A stretch of 64,000 nt of DNA from Escherichia phage CMSTMSU: sequence record MH494197.1. One strand, 5' to 3'. Below the pieces are notes generated by a model. It worked only from the letters and a program-made list of their open reading frames with translations. It was not told the DNA's origin and made no database searches. Position 1 is the stretch's first letter; each line of letters begins with the position of its first letter. This document shows, piece after piece, positions 20,266 to 32,526 of this stretch. The translations under genes were made by a program, and so were the position numbers.

Positions 20266-21470
20266 ATGTTACCTTTTGTAAGAATGTTTGATTATGGGAA
20301 TGAAGCACCTGTGCCAGTTGGTATAAAGATGGTAAAAGTTTTACAGAATAATGTGTTTATTTTATTAGAAGACGGAAGATTATATGGCAGAGGGCATAAT
20401 TTTTACTATCAATTAGGTACTGGTAGTAGTTCTCCTACTATAGTTGAAGAGTGGGTTTTATGTTTAACTGATGTAAAGGAATTTTGGACTACTGGTGATA
20501 CACAAGGAATATTAGTACGTAAAAATGATGGCACATGGTGGAGTACTGGTACTCAAATCTATCGTGGTGTTAATACTACTTATCGTGTATGGACAGAAAT
20601 ACTTGGTATTTTTAATGATGTGAATGACACATATAGTAAAATAGTTATAGGAAGCGGCGTTACATTATTATTAACAATAGATAATAAATTATATAAGATG
20701 GGTGACAATAACAACGGTGAAGTTTTACTGGGGCTGTTGGTCAAAGAGTATCAGTACTGACATTGACACCAGAAGTTAATGTTAAAGATATTGGTGTAAC
20801 CGCGAATAATGCTTCATTTGTATTATACAATGATGGAACATTAAAGTACAGTGGGAATAAATCTAGTATTGGTTCGACTGGTACGACTAGTACAACTCCC
20901 ACATTGACTACTGTTACTACTGGAGTATTACAGATAAATTCGGAAAATGCATATAGTGCTAATTACGTATTAAAGAGTGATGGGCTATATGTATTCGGTT
21001 CACAAATAGATGGACAGTTGGGTGATGGCACTGATGGCACTATTAACAGTCTTAGAACAATCACAAAGATACCAGCTTCTAGTATTCCTAGTACTGCTAT
21101 TGATTACATAGGTGGTTCTAATTTTGAAGCACACGTTAGAGCAGGTGGTATATGGTATTTCGCTGGGCGTGGAAACGCTTCTGGAGATGGAATAACGAAC
21201 TCTAATGTTATTAAAACATGGCGTGCATGTACTAATATAACTGAACCAGTTCCATATGATAAAATGACACATGGTTATATGATAACATTCATGTTAAAAA
21301 CGGTGAATTATATGGTTCAGGGAATGGTGGTAGAACTGCTGGTATGGGTACAATTCCGTATGAAGAAGAAAATGCCGGAAATACAGGATTATTTAAAAAA
21401 TAGTTACACCGAGTTAAAATTAAAAGCCAGTACTCTGTACTGGCATTTCTTTGTATTAAATATAGTATAA
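20266..21470 (+). CDS. leader-tagged RCC1-like repeat protein F9 (frame break)
   Basis: Track ORF 20248..20760 trimmed to MLPFVRMFDYGN Met, plus track ORF 20763..21470. Confidence 0.65.
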
Positions 21471-21488
21471 TGAATAAAGGAGGGAATT

Positions 21489-22595
21489 ATGTTACCTTTT
21501 GCAAGAATGGTTAAGTACGGGAATATTGCACCAGTTCCGGTAGTTCCTACAATAAAAGATTTTAAGATTGGATTTTCACATGAAGTGTTATTGGACAGTG
21601 CAGGTGATGTATGGGGTATTGGATACAATACAGATGGGCAGTTGGCTTTTTGGATGCAAACACCAATTCATTAGGTGCGTGGTCTAAGATATATACTGAT
21701 GTTCGATTAATTGGAGTTACTGCTAGATATACAGTGGTAGTTACTAATAATAATAGAATACTATACGCAGGAAATAACTTAATTTCTAGTACTACCACTC
21801 TTGGGTGGACCGATATAACTACCAGTATGGGTCCGGTTGCGGTGGATAGCATCGATGCATTATATTGTACAGAGGGTATGATGCATATTAAAACTTCAGA
21901 TGGTTCTTTATATGCATATGGTCGTAACATGAACGCAAACAGTGGTGTTACTGGTGGTGTTATTAGTGTTGCAACTAAGGTTAATTTGCCTTCTGCTGTA
22001 AATGACATGCGATATACGTTTAGTTATGGTTCAGTACTATGTAGATTGGATACGACTTCTATATACGCATGGGGACGAAACATAAATGGTGAATTAGGTC
22101 AGGGTAATGCAACAGCCATTGTTACTCCAAAACTATTGTCTGGTTCTTCTATTGCAATGGGTACTTCGTATAATGCTACTGCAATTGTTTCTGGTTCTGC
22201 ATTGTTGCTTACATGTGGTGGACAAAACAGTGGGCAGTTAGGTAATGGTATTACAACTGATGGTAATGTATACACCTTTGGTGTCAGGACATACCAGCGA
22301 TCTTAATACAATAAGAAGTCCAGTGGATTGCAGTACAACGTACACCTCTGCATTTATGAGTCCAGATGGTATATATTACACTGGTGCTAACCGAAGTATG
22401 TTTGGTGGTATTAGTGGTGGTGCTACCGTTGGAATATATACTAAATGTAGTGATTTACCAATAACATATTCTAATATAATTCAGTGGAGTAGTGGTACTA
22501 TTGGTGGTGCTATATGTAGTAGTACAGAGTTATACCAATGTGGTATAGGTAGATACATTGCTGGTGATGGTGCGAGCACAACCGTATGGATTTAG
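21489..22595 (+). CDS. leader-tagged RCC1-like repeat protein F10 (frame breaks)
   Basis: Track ORFs 21489..21674, 21611..22306, 22245..22595; N-terminus MLPFARMVKYGN; break near a T-run. Confidence 0.65.
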
Positions 22596-22695
22596 GAAGA
22601 CACCATTACCTTGGGATACTTATTGACATTACGCCAGTACTTGATACTGGCTTTTCTTTTGATTAAATATAGTATAATGAATAAAGGAGGGAATT

Positions 22696-23884
22696 ATGTT
22701 ACCTTTTGTTAGAATGTTTGATTATGGGAATATCACACCTGAACCTCTTCAAATTAAGAAAATAATACCAACTGATACTGAGGTTGTTGTACTTTATACC
22801 GACGGTCAACTATACGCACGAGGCAGTAATAGTTATGGGAAGTTTGGTAGAGGAAATAATAATGCAGTAAGGTCGTGGACATTAATTAGAGAAAATGTCA
22901 AAGATTGCTGGATGACACAAGGAACTTTGTTAGTTCAAGATAAGGACTTAAATTATTTTTATTGTGGATATGGTAGTCATATTGGTTTAGAAACTAGTAC
23001 TACATCATTTTTAAGTTATAACCAATATATTGAAAATTTGTACACACAAAGTTCAGGTACTTCAATTAAACAGATGTATGCAGGTACTACTTGGTTTACT
23101 TTCTTAATGGATAATAATACAATATGGAGTACTGGTTGGAGTGGGGCTAGACAATTCGCTGATGGTACTGGTAGTACTCAACAAATAACAGATGGATCAT
23201 TTGTAAAAGCTGTCACGCCTAATGTTGATATTGCACGAATACAGTCAACAAATAGCTGTGTAATGTTTTATGATACACAAAATAATTTATATATTGGTGG
23301 TAGTACATCAGGTATAAGTACTACTGATACATGGACTCCATACAATCAATATACTTTATATCAGCCAAGTACAACATATACAAAAACATTACAATATGTT
23401 GTATGTACAATTGGTGCAGTCAGTGCTTTAGTGGAGAATCCAAGTACAGGAGCACGTCAGTTCCTAGTGGGTGGGAACGCCAATAATGGGGCATGGGGTA
23501 ATAACACTACGTCTAGTACAGCACGAGCAGTATTAGGAAATAATAGTACAACCTTACCACCGTACTTTGTATTCAATTCATACTGGATACCCAGCACAAT
23601 CTAGTATACTAGTTACGAGTTCTGGTGTATATGCAACAGGTTTAAATGCGAGTAGTTATGCTGGTTCATTGGGTGTTGGTTCTAATGTTACCATTGGTAA
23701 ATTTACTGCATGTCCATTGCCGTCAGAAATAACATATTCTATGTATGATAAAATAAAAATATATCGAGGGTCGTTACGTACTTTCCTAACTGCTGATATG
23801 AAAAATATATATTCAACCGGAACTTATGATGATGGTGGTCCTAGTACAAATAGATATGTACTGGATACACCTAGACAATTGTAA
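22696..23884 (+). CDS. leader-tagged RCC1-like repeat protein F11 (frame break)
   Basis: Track ORFs 22696..23604 and 23567..23884; N-terminus MLPFVRMFDYGN. Confidence 0.7.
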
Positions 23885-23948
23885 AAAAGCCAGTATCAAG
23901 TACTGGCTTTTCTTTGTTAAATATAGTATAATGAATAAAGGAGGAATT

Positions 23949-24683
23949 ATGTTACCTTTTGCTAGAATGGTTAAGTACGGGAATAAAATTGAATATAAGC
24001 CACATGGTGAACAATTAATCACGACAATAGGAACAACACAATTTACAGTTCCTGCTGGCGTTACCGAAATATCAGTATGTGTTATTTCGCCGGTGGTCAA
24101 CGTGGTGCTGGCGGCGGCTTATCGTGGCGTAATAATATTCCGGTTTCTGGTGGTGAGTACTTAAGTGTTTCTCTTACATCCCAACACTACTACAGCAGTT
24201 GAAAACGGTTTATATCGTGGAACTGAAAAACTATGTGTTAGCTTCACTGGTGCATATACGGTTGGTGGACTAGGTGGAAAAGCTGCTAACGCTATTAATG
24301 ATGGTGGTGGTAATGGTGGCAACACTGGTTTAAGTGGTGGTGCAGTCATTGGTGGTGGTGCTGGTGGCTACACTGGTAAAGGTGGTAACGGAAATGCAAT
24401 CACTGGTGAAAATGGTGCTGGGGGCGGCGGTGGTGGTGGTGCATTCTATAATACCTCGTTCATTGGTACGGGTGGTGGTACTGGTATCATTGTTCAAGGT
24501 GCTAATGGTATTGGTGGTAGCTACGATGGTTCATATAATGGTGGTGCTGGTAGTGGTGGTGCTGGTAATAGGTATGGTGGTGGTGGTAGTATATGGGATA
24601 ATTCTTCTTATACGGCGGCTGGTGGTGGTGCTGTGCGAATAATATGGGGACGTGGGAGATATTATCCTAATAATTCAGTCTAA
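23949..24683 (+). CDS. leader-tagged glycine-rich domain protein F12 (frame break)
   Basis: Track ORF 23826..24164 trimmed to MLPFARMVKYGN Met, plus track ORF 24165..24683 (GGGNGGNTGLSGG..., GAGGGGGGGAF); alternative frame across the break gives FAGGQRGAGGGLSWRN. Confidence 0.65.
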
Positions 24684-24752
24684 AATATAGGCCAGTACTT
24701 GATACTGGCTTTTCTTTGAATTAAATATAGTATAATGAATAAAGGAGGAAAT

Positions 24753-25907
24753 ATGTTACCTTTTGTTAGAATGTTTGATTACGGGAATATTGCACCTGAA
24801 GCTCCAAAGATAAAGAAAGTACTGTGCGGTCTTGATAATTTGTACGTCCTCTATGACGATGGCTCACTTTATGGTTGTGGGGTTAATTCGTATTTTCAGT
24901 TAAACGTTACAAATACAGCAACAAGAAATACTTGGATATTAATTTCAGAAGGTGTTACTGATGCATGGGCTGGGGCGTACAATATTCTTTATATCAAGGG
25001 TGAAGAATTCATAATGCATGGAGTTACCACACAATTAGGCACAGGAAATACTATGATTCCGTTGGGTGGTTTGAATGTTACTTCTTCATTTCCACATATA
25101 TCTAATATTAAAATGATATCAATCGGTGCAGATACAATGCACTACGTTGATGCTAGTGGTTCGATTGTTTATGGTAGAGGCATGAATGGTAACTATTCAC
25201 TCGGTGGTGGGTATTCCACGGCTCAGAGTACTTTTGTTTCAGTTATTAATACCGGAGCTAATACAGTCCTTGATATATTGGGTACACAGAATAACACATT
25301 AATATTAACATCAAATGGTGAACTTCTCGGTTGTGGGAGTAGTGAGTATGGCTCACTTGGCGTAAGTCAAGGACAGTATACTACACTAGTAAGCAGGTTA
25401 ACCAGTGTTAAACTGTTTGGTGGTAACAGTACTGGTACTCTTGCTTATTCAGCCAGCAATATATACAACGCAGGTTGGCAGTATGTTGGTCAACTTGGTA
25501 ACGGTATTACAACGAACACACTAGTATATCCATTTGCATTTAACTCCACTACTATTGATAGTAACATACATAAAATATCAAAATCAAGTACATCTTCACG
25601 TGTTAATATGTACGCAACAACCGAAGGAAAGATATATAGTACTGGTGAATTTGGTAGAAATGGTTCTGGTGGTAGTTTGAGTAGATTCACCAATACACTA
25701 ACTTTAGATAATTACAACCCAGAAAAATCAGCATTATACACATGTGCACATTTTAGTATAGTATTTGATGGTAATAATCAAATTTATGCTTGTGGTTCTT
25801 TTTGTATGTGCGTTCTATTACCACGAACTCATGGTCTGCAATTACAATGCCGAAATGATACTATAAAACTATGCCAGTACTTGATGCTGGCATTTCTTTT
25901 GTATTAA
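24753..25907 (+). CDS. leader-tagged RCC1-like repeat protein F13 (intact, ~384 aa)
   Basis: Track ORF 24735..25907 trimmed to MLPFVRMFDYGN Met; colinear paralogue of F1. Confidence 0.8.
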   Translation: MLPFVRMFDYGNIAPEAPKIKKVLCGLDNLYVLYDDGSLYGCGVNSYFQLNVTNTATRNTWILISEGVTDAWAGAYNILYIKGEEFIMHGVTTQLGTGNTMIPLGGLNVTSSFPHISNIKMISIGADTMHYVDASGSIVYGRGMNGNYSLGGGYSTAQSTFVSVINTGANTVLDILGTQNNTLILTSNGELLGCGSSEYGSLGVSQGQYTTLVSRLTSVKLFGGNSTGTLAYSASNIYNAGWQYVGQLGNGITTNTLVYPFAFNSTTIDSNIHKISKSSTSSRVNMYATTEGKIYSTGEFGRNGSGGSLSRFTNTLTLDNYNPEKSALYTCAHFSIVFDGNNQIYACGSFCMCVLLPRTHGLQLQCRNDTIKLCQYLMLAFLLY

Positions 25908-25936
25908 ATATAGTATAATGAATAAAGGAGGAAAAT

Positions 25937-27070
25937 ATGTTACCTTTTGCAAGAATGGTTAAGTACGGAAATAAAAGACCATCTAATAATATCAAAAGAT
26001 TTCATGTACAACCAATAACAGTGTTTTGGTGCTCACCGAAAGTGGAGATTTGTATGGTTTTGGATTCAATTCAGGTGGTGAACTTGGCACTGGTGCAAAA
26101 CTAGTGTTACTTCAGTTATTCAAATTGACACTGGAGTTGATGATGTATGGGGTGGTAGTCTATGTGCAATGTACAGAAAAGGCGATGAATTCTTTGGCAG
26201 CGGGACGGTTCTTATTATGGTTCAAGTGCTGTTAACTCAACCACATTTGTAAATGTAACACACATATTCCAAGATATAGATATTCTTAATATTAAGAAAA
26301 TTAAAATGACAACAGGTTTGTTTATATTAATGCAAAACGGCAACTTATATGGATGTGGGGTAAACACCAATTGTCAATTTGGTACTGGTGAGGCAGTGAA
26401 TTTTCGTTATCCTATAGCTACATTAACACAAACGGATGTTGTTGATTTTGATATTTTAGGAAACTCTAGTATAATATTAAAGACCGATGGGTACATGTAC
26501 AGTGCGGGTGATAATGGTCGTGGACAACTTGGTAGTTCTACTGCAACCACACTTCTGGTATATACACAAATTAGTAAATTTCCAAACGTAACCAATTTGG
26601 ATCTGTTCGGACACTCACAAGTTACTTCATTATTCAAAGATAGTGATGGTAAAACGTGGTTGAGTGGTAATAGTTATGGTATTGATTACCCAGTAGTAGC
26701 TACAACATTATTCAGTAAAGAAGCACCAGTACCTGAAGGTACATTTCGTTTTATCAACACAAGGGCAGGGTCAAATACACCAATAATATGTACACCCACT
26801 GGGTATTATGTTGCTGGTACTAACCCTTATGGTGCATATGGTATAGGTACGAATGTAACTCTGACAACATTCACAAGAATGGATTCTATGGATAGATACA
26901 TATCTGATTATAATAATGTTCCTGTTTTCGATGGATGTTTCTATGGGACATATTTTGCAGTTGGGGAACGTCTGTTTGGTGCAGGTAATGGTAATACTGG
27001 TAATGTTCCGGATATACTGGATCACAGCGTAACTATGTGGAAATTAATTATAAAAATAATTAAACCTTAA
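25937..27070 (+). CDS. leader-tagged RCC1-like repeat protein F14 (frame breaks)
   Basis: ATG at 25937 behind AAGGAGG; N-terminus MLPFARMVKYGN; body = track ORFs 26026..26235 and 26306..27070. Confidence 0.65.
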
Positions 27071-27138
27071 TACTATGCCAGTACTTGATACTGGCTTTTC
27101 TTTGGTTAAATATAGTATAAAGAATAAAGGAGGGAATT

Positions 27139-28308
27139 ATGTTACCTTTTGCTAGAATGGTTAAGTACGGGAATACTATACCCAAACCCGCTGGTGTGAA
27201 GAAAATTAGTACTTCCATTAATCACGTTGGGATGTTATTCGATAATGGAAATTTATATCTACGTGGGGTGGTGGTGAGTATAAGTTAGGAAATGACAGTA
27301 CTGGATTCGTACAGAATGGTTGGGTTAAGTGTCCATATAGCGTTGCTGATGTTTGGTGCTTCACTTACGCGACAATTATACTTACTACAAGTGGTGAATT
27401 ATACTTAGCTGGACAATTGGGTTATGTTGGTGTAGTTGCAGCGAGCGTACGGATGGACTAATATTACATCTAATTTATCCTCAATACCTGCACTTAGTAC
27501 TATACAAAACATAGCTTATACTGAGACTACAATTTACAATGGTGCTATATTAATTTTGTTAAGCAACGGGGACTTATATGGTATAGGTCGTAATGGTGGT
27601 GGTGTATTAGGCGTTTCTGGAATCCAATCAACTGCACTTAAGATTGACACAGGTGTTACTTTAATTGCTGGCACAGACCGTTCAGCGGCGTTACATTATG
27701 TGAAAAATGGTCAATACTACAGATGTGGGAATAATTCTCGCTACAACCTAGGAACAAGCTCTTCTGTTTTATCTACATTTACGGTAAGTACAGATATCAC
27801 AGGAACCGTACTGGGATTGCATGTACTACAAATGCGACTTCAGTACTGACATCATATAATGGTACTATTAGAGTGTATAGTGCTGGGACGAATACCGATT
27901 ATACGTTAGGTATTGGTTATGGAGATACCAGTATAATAATGAGTCCATTTAGTGCTACACCTCCAATTTATGGTATTGTACCAGATGCGGCATCACTGAA
28001 TAATTCTTGTATTAATTCTAATATGATTGCGATGACACAGGGTGGTAAATTGTATACATGTGGTAATGGTGTTGCTCTTGGTAGAGAAATCACTGCATCG
28101 ACACCTAGAACGGCGTACTATCCAGTACTATTTGAGGATTCAAATACTGCACTTGATGTTAATGCTTTTGCAGTGCAGGGGGTTCCGGTGTGTTATACGC
28201 ATTAGTGGGGGCAAATGAGGTTTACTGGTGTGGTAGTGGTTCTATGTTCCGGAACAGAGTGCAGGTACACAACAAGTTAAAATGAAGAAAATGATTTTAC
28301 CAGAATAG
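27139..28308 (+). CDS. leader-tagged RCC1-like repeat protein F15 (frame breaks)
   Basis: ATG at 27139; N-terminus MLPFARMVKYGN; body = track ORFs 27436..27849 and 27873..28205; upstream -10 is TATAAA. Confidence 0.6.
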
Positions 28309-28317
28309 GAGGAAAAT

Positions 28318-29449
28318 ATGTTACCTTTTGCAAGAATGGTTAAGTACGGGAATATAAAAGTAAAGAGTACTATCCAAAAAGTTATCCTTGGTGGTGGTGG
28401 TCAATGTGTGGTAACATTACTCAGTGATGGTAGAGTGTATGGACGTGGATACAATACAACATATGGGTTGGGTACTGGTACAACAACATTCGTAAGTGAT
28501 TGGGTATTAATGGGCGATAATATTGTTGATATCCATTCAAATGGTGTTACTGGCACATTCCTTATTACCAAAGAAAATAGAATTTTGTATTCTGGTTTTG
28601 CGACACCAATCAATGGCACAACATCACATTATACACGTTTCACTGATTTAACATCAACTGTATTTGCTGCGGTGGATGTTAGTAATATTAAAACAATTAC
28701 GGGAAATGGTAATGTTACAATGGTTCTTTTGAATGATGGTTCACTTTATGGGAGTGCAAATACAGGGTTATAGGTAATGGTAGTAACGTTGCATTATCAA
28801 CACAAACATATGTGACTAATGATGTGCGTGATGTGAAAACATATCCATCAATGAACACTATAACAAAAATAATAATCAAATATTGGCTAGTGGTATTTTA
28901 TACCAAGGCGTGAACGGTACAAATTCATCAATAAACACGTCTTCATATACATTACTGTACACATTACCGAGTTCTGATTGTTTTCAATTTGCATTTGATA
29001 CATATACATTTGGATATGTTGACCCTAGTACTAACACTTCTTATATAAGAGGTATACCAATAAATGGTTCATTAGGTAATGGCGTTACTAATAATACAGC
29101 AGTTACAACATGGGTTACTAAAGTTTGGAATACACCAATTGATAGTTCTATACCTAATAAATCATATACAACTAACCATGTCTCCTTGTTCAATGATGGA
29201 AACTTATGGACAACTGGTGCATCTAGTGTCGGCTATTCCAATGGTACAAATAGCACAACAGCTAATACATGGACCAGTTCATCTAATTTACCATTCAACA
29301 CTAATAACATAACAGACTATGCTTTTGGTGGTAGTATTACTGTGGTGGTAATCGACTATAGGACTATGTACATACTAGCTAACAACGCCATTGCTGGTAC
29401 TGCTACGACAACTTATAAATTTGAGCCATATAATTCTCCACCAGTTTAA
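28318..29449 (+). CDS. leader-tagged RCC1-like repeat protein F16 (frame break)
   Basis: Track ORFs 28318..28773 and 28883..29449; N-terminus MLPFARMVKYGN; starts 10 nt after F15 stop behind GGAGG. Confidence 0.65.
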
Positions 29450-29479
29450 TATAATGCCAGTACTATGTACTGGCTTTCT

Positions 29480-30128
29480 TTACATATTATATAATGTGAA
29501 TGCTGTCACTTTACCAGTTGTTGTTAGTTCATTATAAAGATACTCCAATATTCTCGCACACTCTAAGTATATCTCGATATCATCATGAATAAGTGAGTAC
29601 TGAAATAGCTGTTCTTCAGATAATTTGTATTGACTTCCTTTTAATGAATTGAGAATATCTTTCACATCATCAAGTACTGGGTAAAGTACGAAATCTTCAT
29701 CATATTTTGAAGCAATAAATTCAAATCCACCACCATCAGTACTAGATATACCAATCAGTACTTTATCAACCAAGTTAATGTTTATATAACGGTTGTGATT
29801 TGGGTGAATTGAAATCTCAAACATACGAGTACTGTTACAATCAACATCAATATACAAATATACATCGTTGAATTTATAAGTTAAGCAACCGTACTCAAGA
29901 AAATCAGAGCAAATAATTGATGAGTTTTTCTCGTCTCTGCGTAATGCATCTTGATATTCTTTTCACGCATAAGTAATTCGAACTTTGCACTAAACTTGCC
30001 ACCAGTAAGATAATTAGTATTAGGACGTTTGTAACTTGCAACTGGTCGGTGGGATGATGTAAAGTATTTTTTGTGAATCGTTTCTGTTTAGTGAAATATT
30101 CTTGATAGAACTTACTTCTTTTATTCAT
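29480..30128 (-). CDS. hypothetical protein encoded antisense within the array (frame break)
   Basis: Track ORFs 29904..30128 and 29480..29857 joined by a shifted frame (GGKFSAKFELLMREKNIKMHY...); sits between F16 and F17. Confidence 0.4.
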
Positions 30129-30205
30129 GAGTACCTCAATTAAATCGCTGTAAAATTGTACATTATAAAATGATTAAATAAAGTATAACACAAGGAGATT
30201 TTATC

Positions 30206-31324
30206 ATGTTACCTTTCGTATTGTTATTTGATTATGGGAACGAAAAACAAGAAAGTTCTTATGATGTTAGTGTATATGGAAACAATAACTACATTTTAAA
30301 TAAACAAACTGGAAACCTTTTTGCATCCGGTGCTGCGCATTCATGGGTGATAACACAGTTAAGTATTATATTACCCAAATAGAATCAAATGTTCATAGCT
30401 GTGAGATAGGTTTCCTATCATCATGGATAATTAAGAAGGACAAAACTGTTTTCATTTTAGGAAACAAAAGCAGTATTGGATTAACTGATTCGACAACATC
30501 ATGGTTCGAAATTACAAACTTATTTTCTGCTGTTCCTGAAATATGGGACAACCTATTTGAATGTAAAGTTCAATTGGGATATAACTGCATACGTGTTATG
30601 ACACCACTAGGATCAATATATGCGATTGGTACAAACACTTATGGTGCATTGGGTACTGGTACTACATCCTCATCCACTTCGTTCGTTAAAAGTGGTGCTG
30701 TGGATGCTGTACGCATGGAATCAACAGAACGTTCAGTGTTCTATCAAAACAGTTCTGGACAATGGTTTGGATGTGGTGATAACACATATGGTATACTAGG
30801 TCTAGGAACTACCGCTAGTCGTGTAAACTCATACACCGCACCAGTATGGACTAATGCAGAAGCTGTTAGCTTCTCTAACCGTGGATCATATACAGCCTCA
30901 ATGGTACTCTATACTCATGTGGTGACAAAGTTAATGGTCAGCTAGGGATGGATATACACAAAGCATAGACGCTGCCGAGCACACCATACACCATAGGAAC
31001 CGCATTCCAAATTGGTAAGGCAATAACATCAGCTACACAAGCATCAGCCAACGTATTCATTGGTAAAGATAATAAGTTCTATGGTACTGGTAGTATTGCT
31101 GCTGGTATAAATGGTAGTACTAGTGCTGCATTAAGTAAAGTTACTGCGTTATCAGCATCACTACCACCTGACATTACATACAATGATATTATATCATTTA
31201 ATACAGGGACCGTAACTTTTATTCAAGCAAAGGACAACTATATTATGTTGGTAGAAGAACTTACATAGATAATAGTTCAGACGTTACCACACAGTTCAGT
31301 GTAATTGGTGGATTAGATAATTAA
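30206..31324 (+). CDS. leader-tagged RCC1-like repeat protein F17, divergent leader (frame breaks)
   Basis: ATG behind AAGGAG; N-terminus MLPFVLLFDYGN; body = track ORF 30343..30945 plus downstream frames ending ...VIGGLDN. Confidence 0.55.
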
Positions 31325-31729
31325 AATTAATCCAGTACTATTATAGTACTGGATTTTTATTATAACATACGTTTTTACGAATAGTATTGTGGATATTTTT
31401 AAGTAGTTCACACCTTTACACAACCCATAAAATACACCAGCACATACACCAAATGCAGGTATCATACATGCAAACATCGTTATCAATTCCCACATCTCCA
31501 TACCATCTTGATTCGGTCCAAGGTCAAAGATAACAACCAAAACCAAACCTGTGATACTTAGCATATAATATGCCATGAAGATAATAAAAGAAACAATACC
31601 AACATCAGAGCGAACTGAATTTAGCATATTATATACTGGGGTTACACAGAAGTAATACAATAACCAAATCAAAGAACCTAAACTAAACACAATAATAGTA
31701 ATGATTGAAAATATTTCACGATAACTCAT
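31313..31729 (-). CDS. small membrane protein (WYFK-motif family)
   Basis: Track ORF with predicted TM helices; start of minus-strand block. Confidence 0.5.
   Translation of the reverse strand: MSYREIFSIITIIVFSLGSLIWLLYYFCVTPVYNMLNSVRSDVGIVSFIIFMAYYMLSITGLVLVVIFDLGPNQDGMEMWELITMFACMIPAFGVCAGVFYGLCKGVNYLKISTILFVKTYVIIKIQYYNSTGLILII
31322..31360. terminator. bidirectional terminator closing the array
   Basis: Perfect 13-bp inverted repeat AATCCAGTACTAT-TA-TAGTACTGGATT flanked by A/T runs. Confidence 0.6.
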
Positions 31730-31730
31730 T

Positions 31731-32093
31731 TTAGTCCCTCGTACCTAAACGATCATGGATTTCGGAAATCTTATGATACAACCACGCCATCAACTCAACT
31801 GATGCACAGAGAATAACCACACACAGTGTTAGTGAACATATCATAATACCAAATGTTATAAAATTCAAACTCGATGTTAATAATGCAACCAGCATTAGAA
31901 TAAAACCAAAATTGAATGCTATACTCAACACAGTATATGCTGGACTATATCTCCTTTGTATTACATCATATATATTTGATAATGGTCGCTTATGGAAGTA
32001 CTTCCCAATGCACACGAATGCATTCAGTGAGAAGATAAATGTATACGCCATTACCATTAATTGACCAATAAAAGATAATTCAATATTATTCAT
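31731..32093 (-). CDS. small membrane protein (WYFK-motif family)
   Basis: Track ORF; hydrophobic; KYFHKRPLSNIY resembles WYFKRQFYKR in 33139..33453. Confidence 0.5.
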   Translation of the reverse strand: MNNIELSFIGQLMVMAYTFIFSLNAFVCIGKYFHKRPLSNIYDVIQRRYSPAYTVLSIAFNFGFILMLVALLTSSLNFITFGIMICSLTLCVVILCASVELMAWLYHKISEIHDRLGTRD

Positions 32094-32249
32094 GTTATCC
32101 TCGTTTGCGGTATTTGATGCTTTGGTGCATTCTCTGAAAATGTGGAACTAATACATATTGTACGGTTTGCCAAATTACCATCAGATTATGGACAGCACCA
32201 CCGAGTAGACCAAACACTACACAGATAATTGCCAGTACTGGATCACCAT

Positions 32250-32465
32250 CTACCATACCCCATTTGAATATATGTAAAATCCATACAGTGATAAGTAGTA
32301 ATAAACTAATCCAATACGTAGTAAAAATCCTGCATGTAATTCATAGTCATCAGCAATTTCATCGTATACGGTTTCCAAGAAGGATACACAGAAGAACTTG
32401 CCAATAATAACAATTGTACTAATAAACAACATAGCAGTTAATATAATAAGTGCAATTTCCATCAC
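32250..32465 (-). CDS. small membrane protein
   Basis: Track ORF; hydrophobic N-terminus then KFFCVSFLETVY. Confidence 0.4.
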   Translation of the reverse strand: MMEIALIILTAMLFISTIVIIGKFFCVSFLETVYDEIADDYELHAGFLLRIGLVYYYLSLYGFYIYSNGVW

Positions 32466-32526
32466 ATCCCTCGTTTACGCTTTTGATTGCGTCTAAATTC
32501 GGTTAGCCCACGACTAATCGGTGGCA

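Noticed and set aside
24334-24642. Val-rich plus-strand ORF overlapping the glycine-rich gene
   Set aside because: Alternative frame of the same GGT-rich DNA (GGT read as GTG/TGG); the Gly frame fits the leader-tagged gene.
12466-28619. Minus-strand track ORFs inside the plus-strand array (e.g. 12466..12699, 14430..14630, 19226..19513, 21562..22008, 23813..24100, 24161..24349, 26771..27025, 28401..28619)
   Set aside because: Each lies wholly within a plus-strand array gene whose frame carries the conserved repeat motifs; treated as antisense shadow frames.
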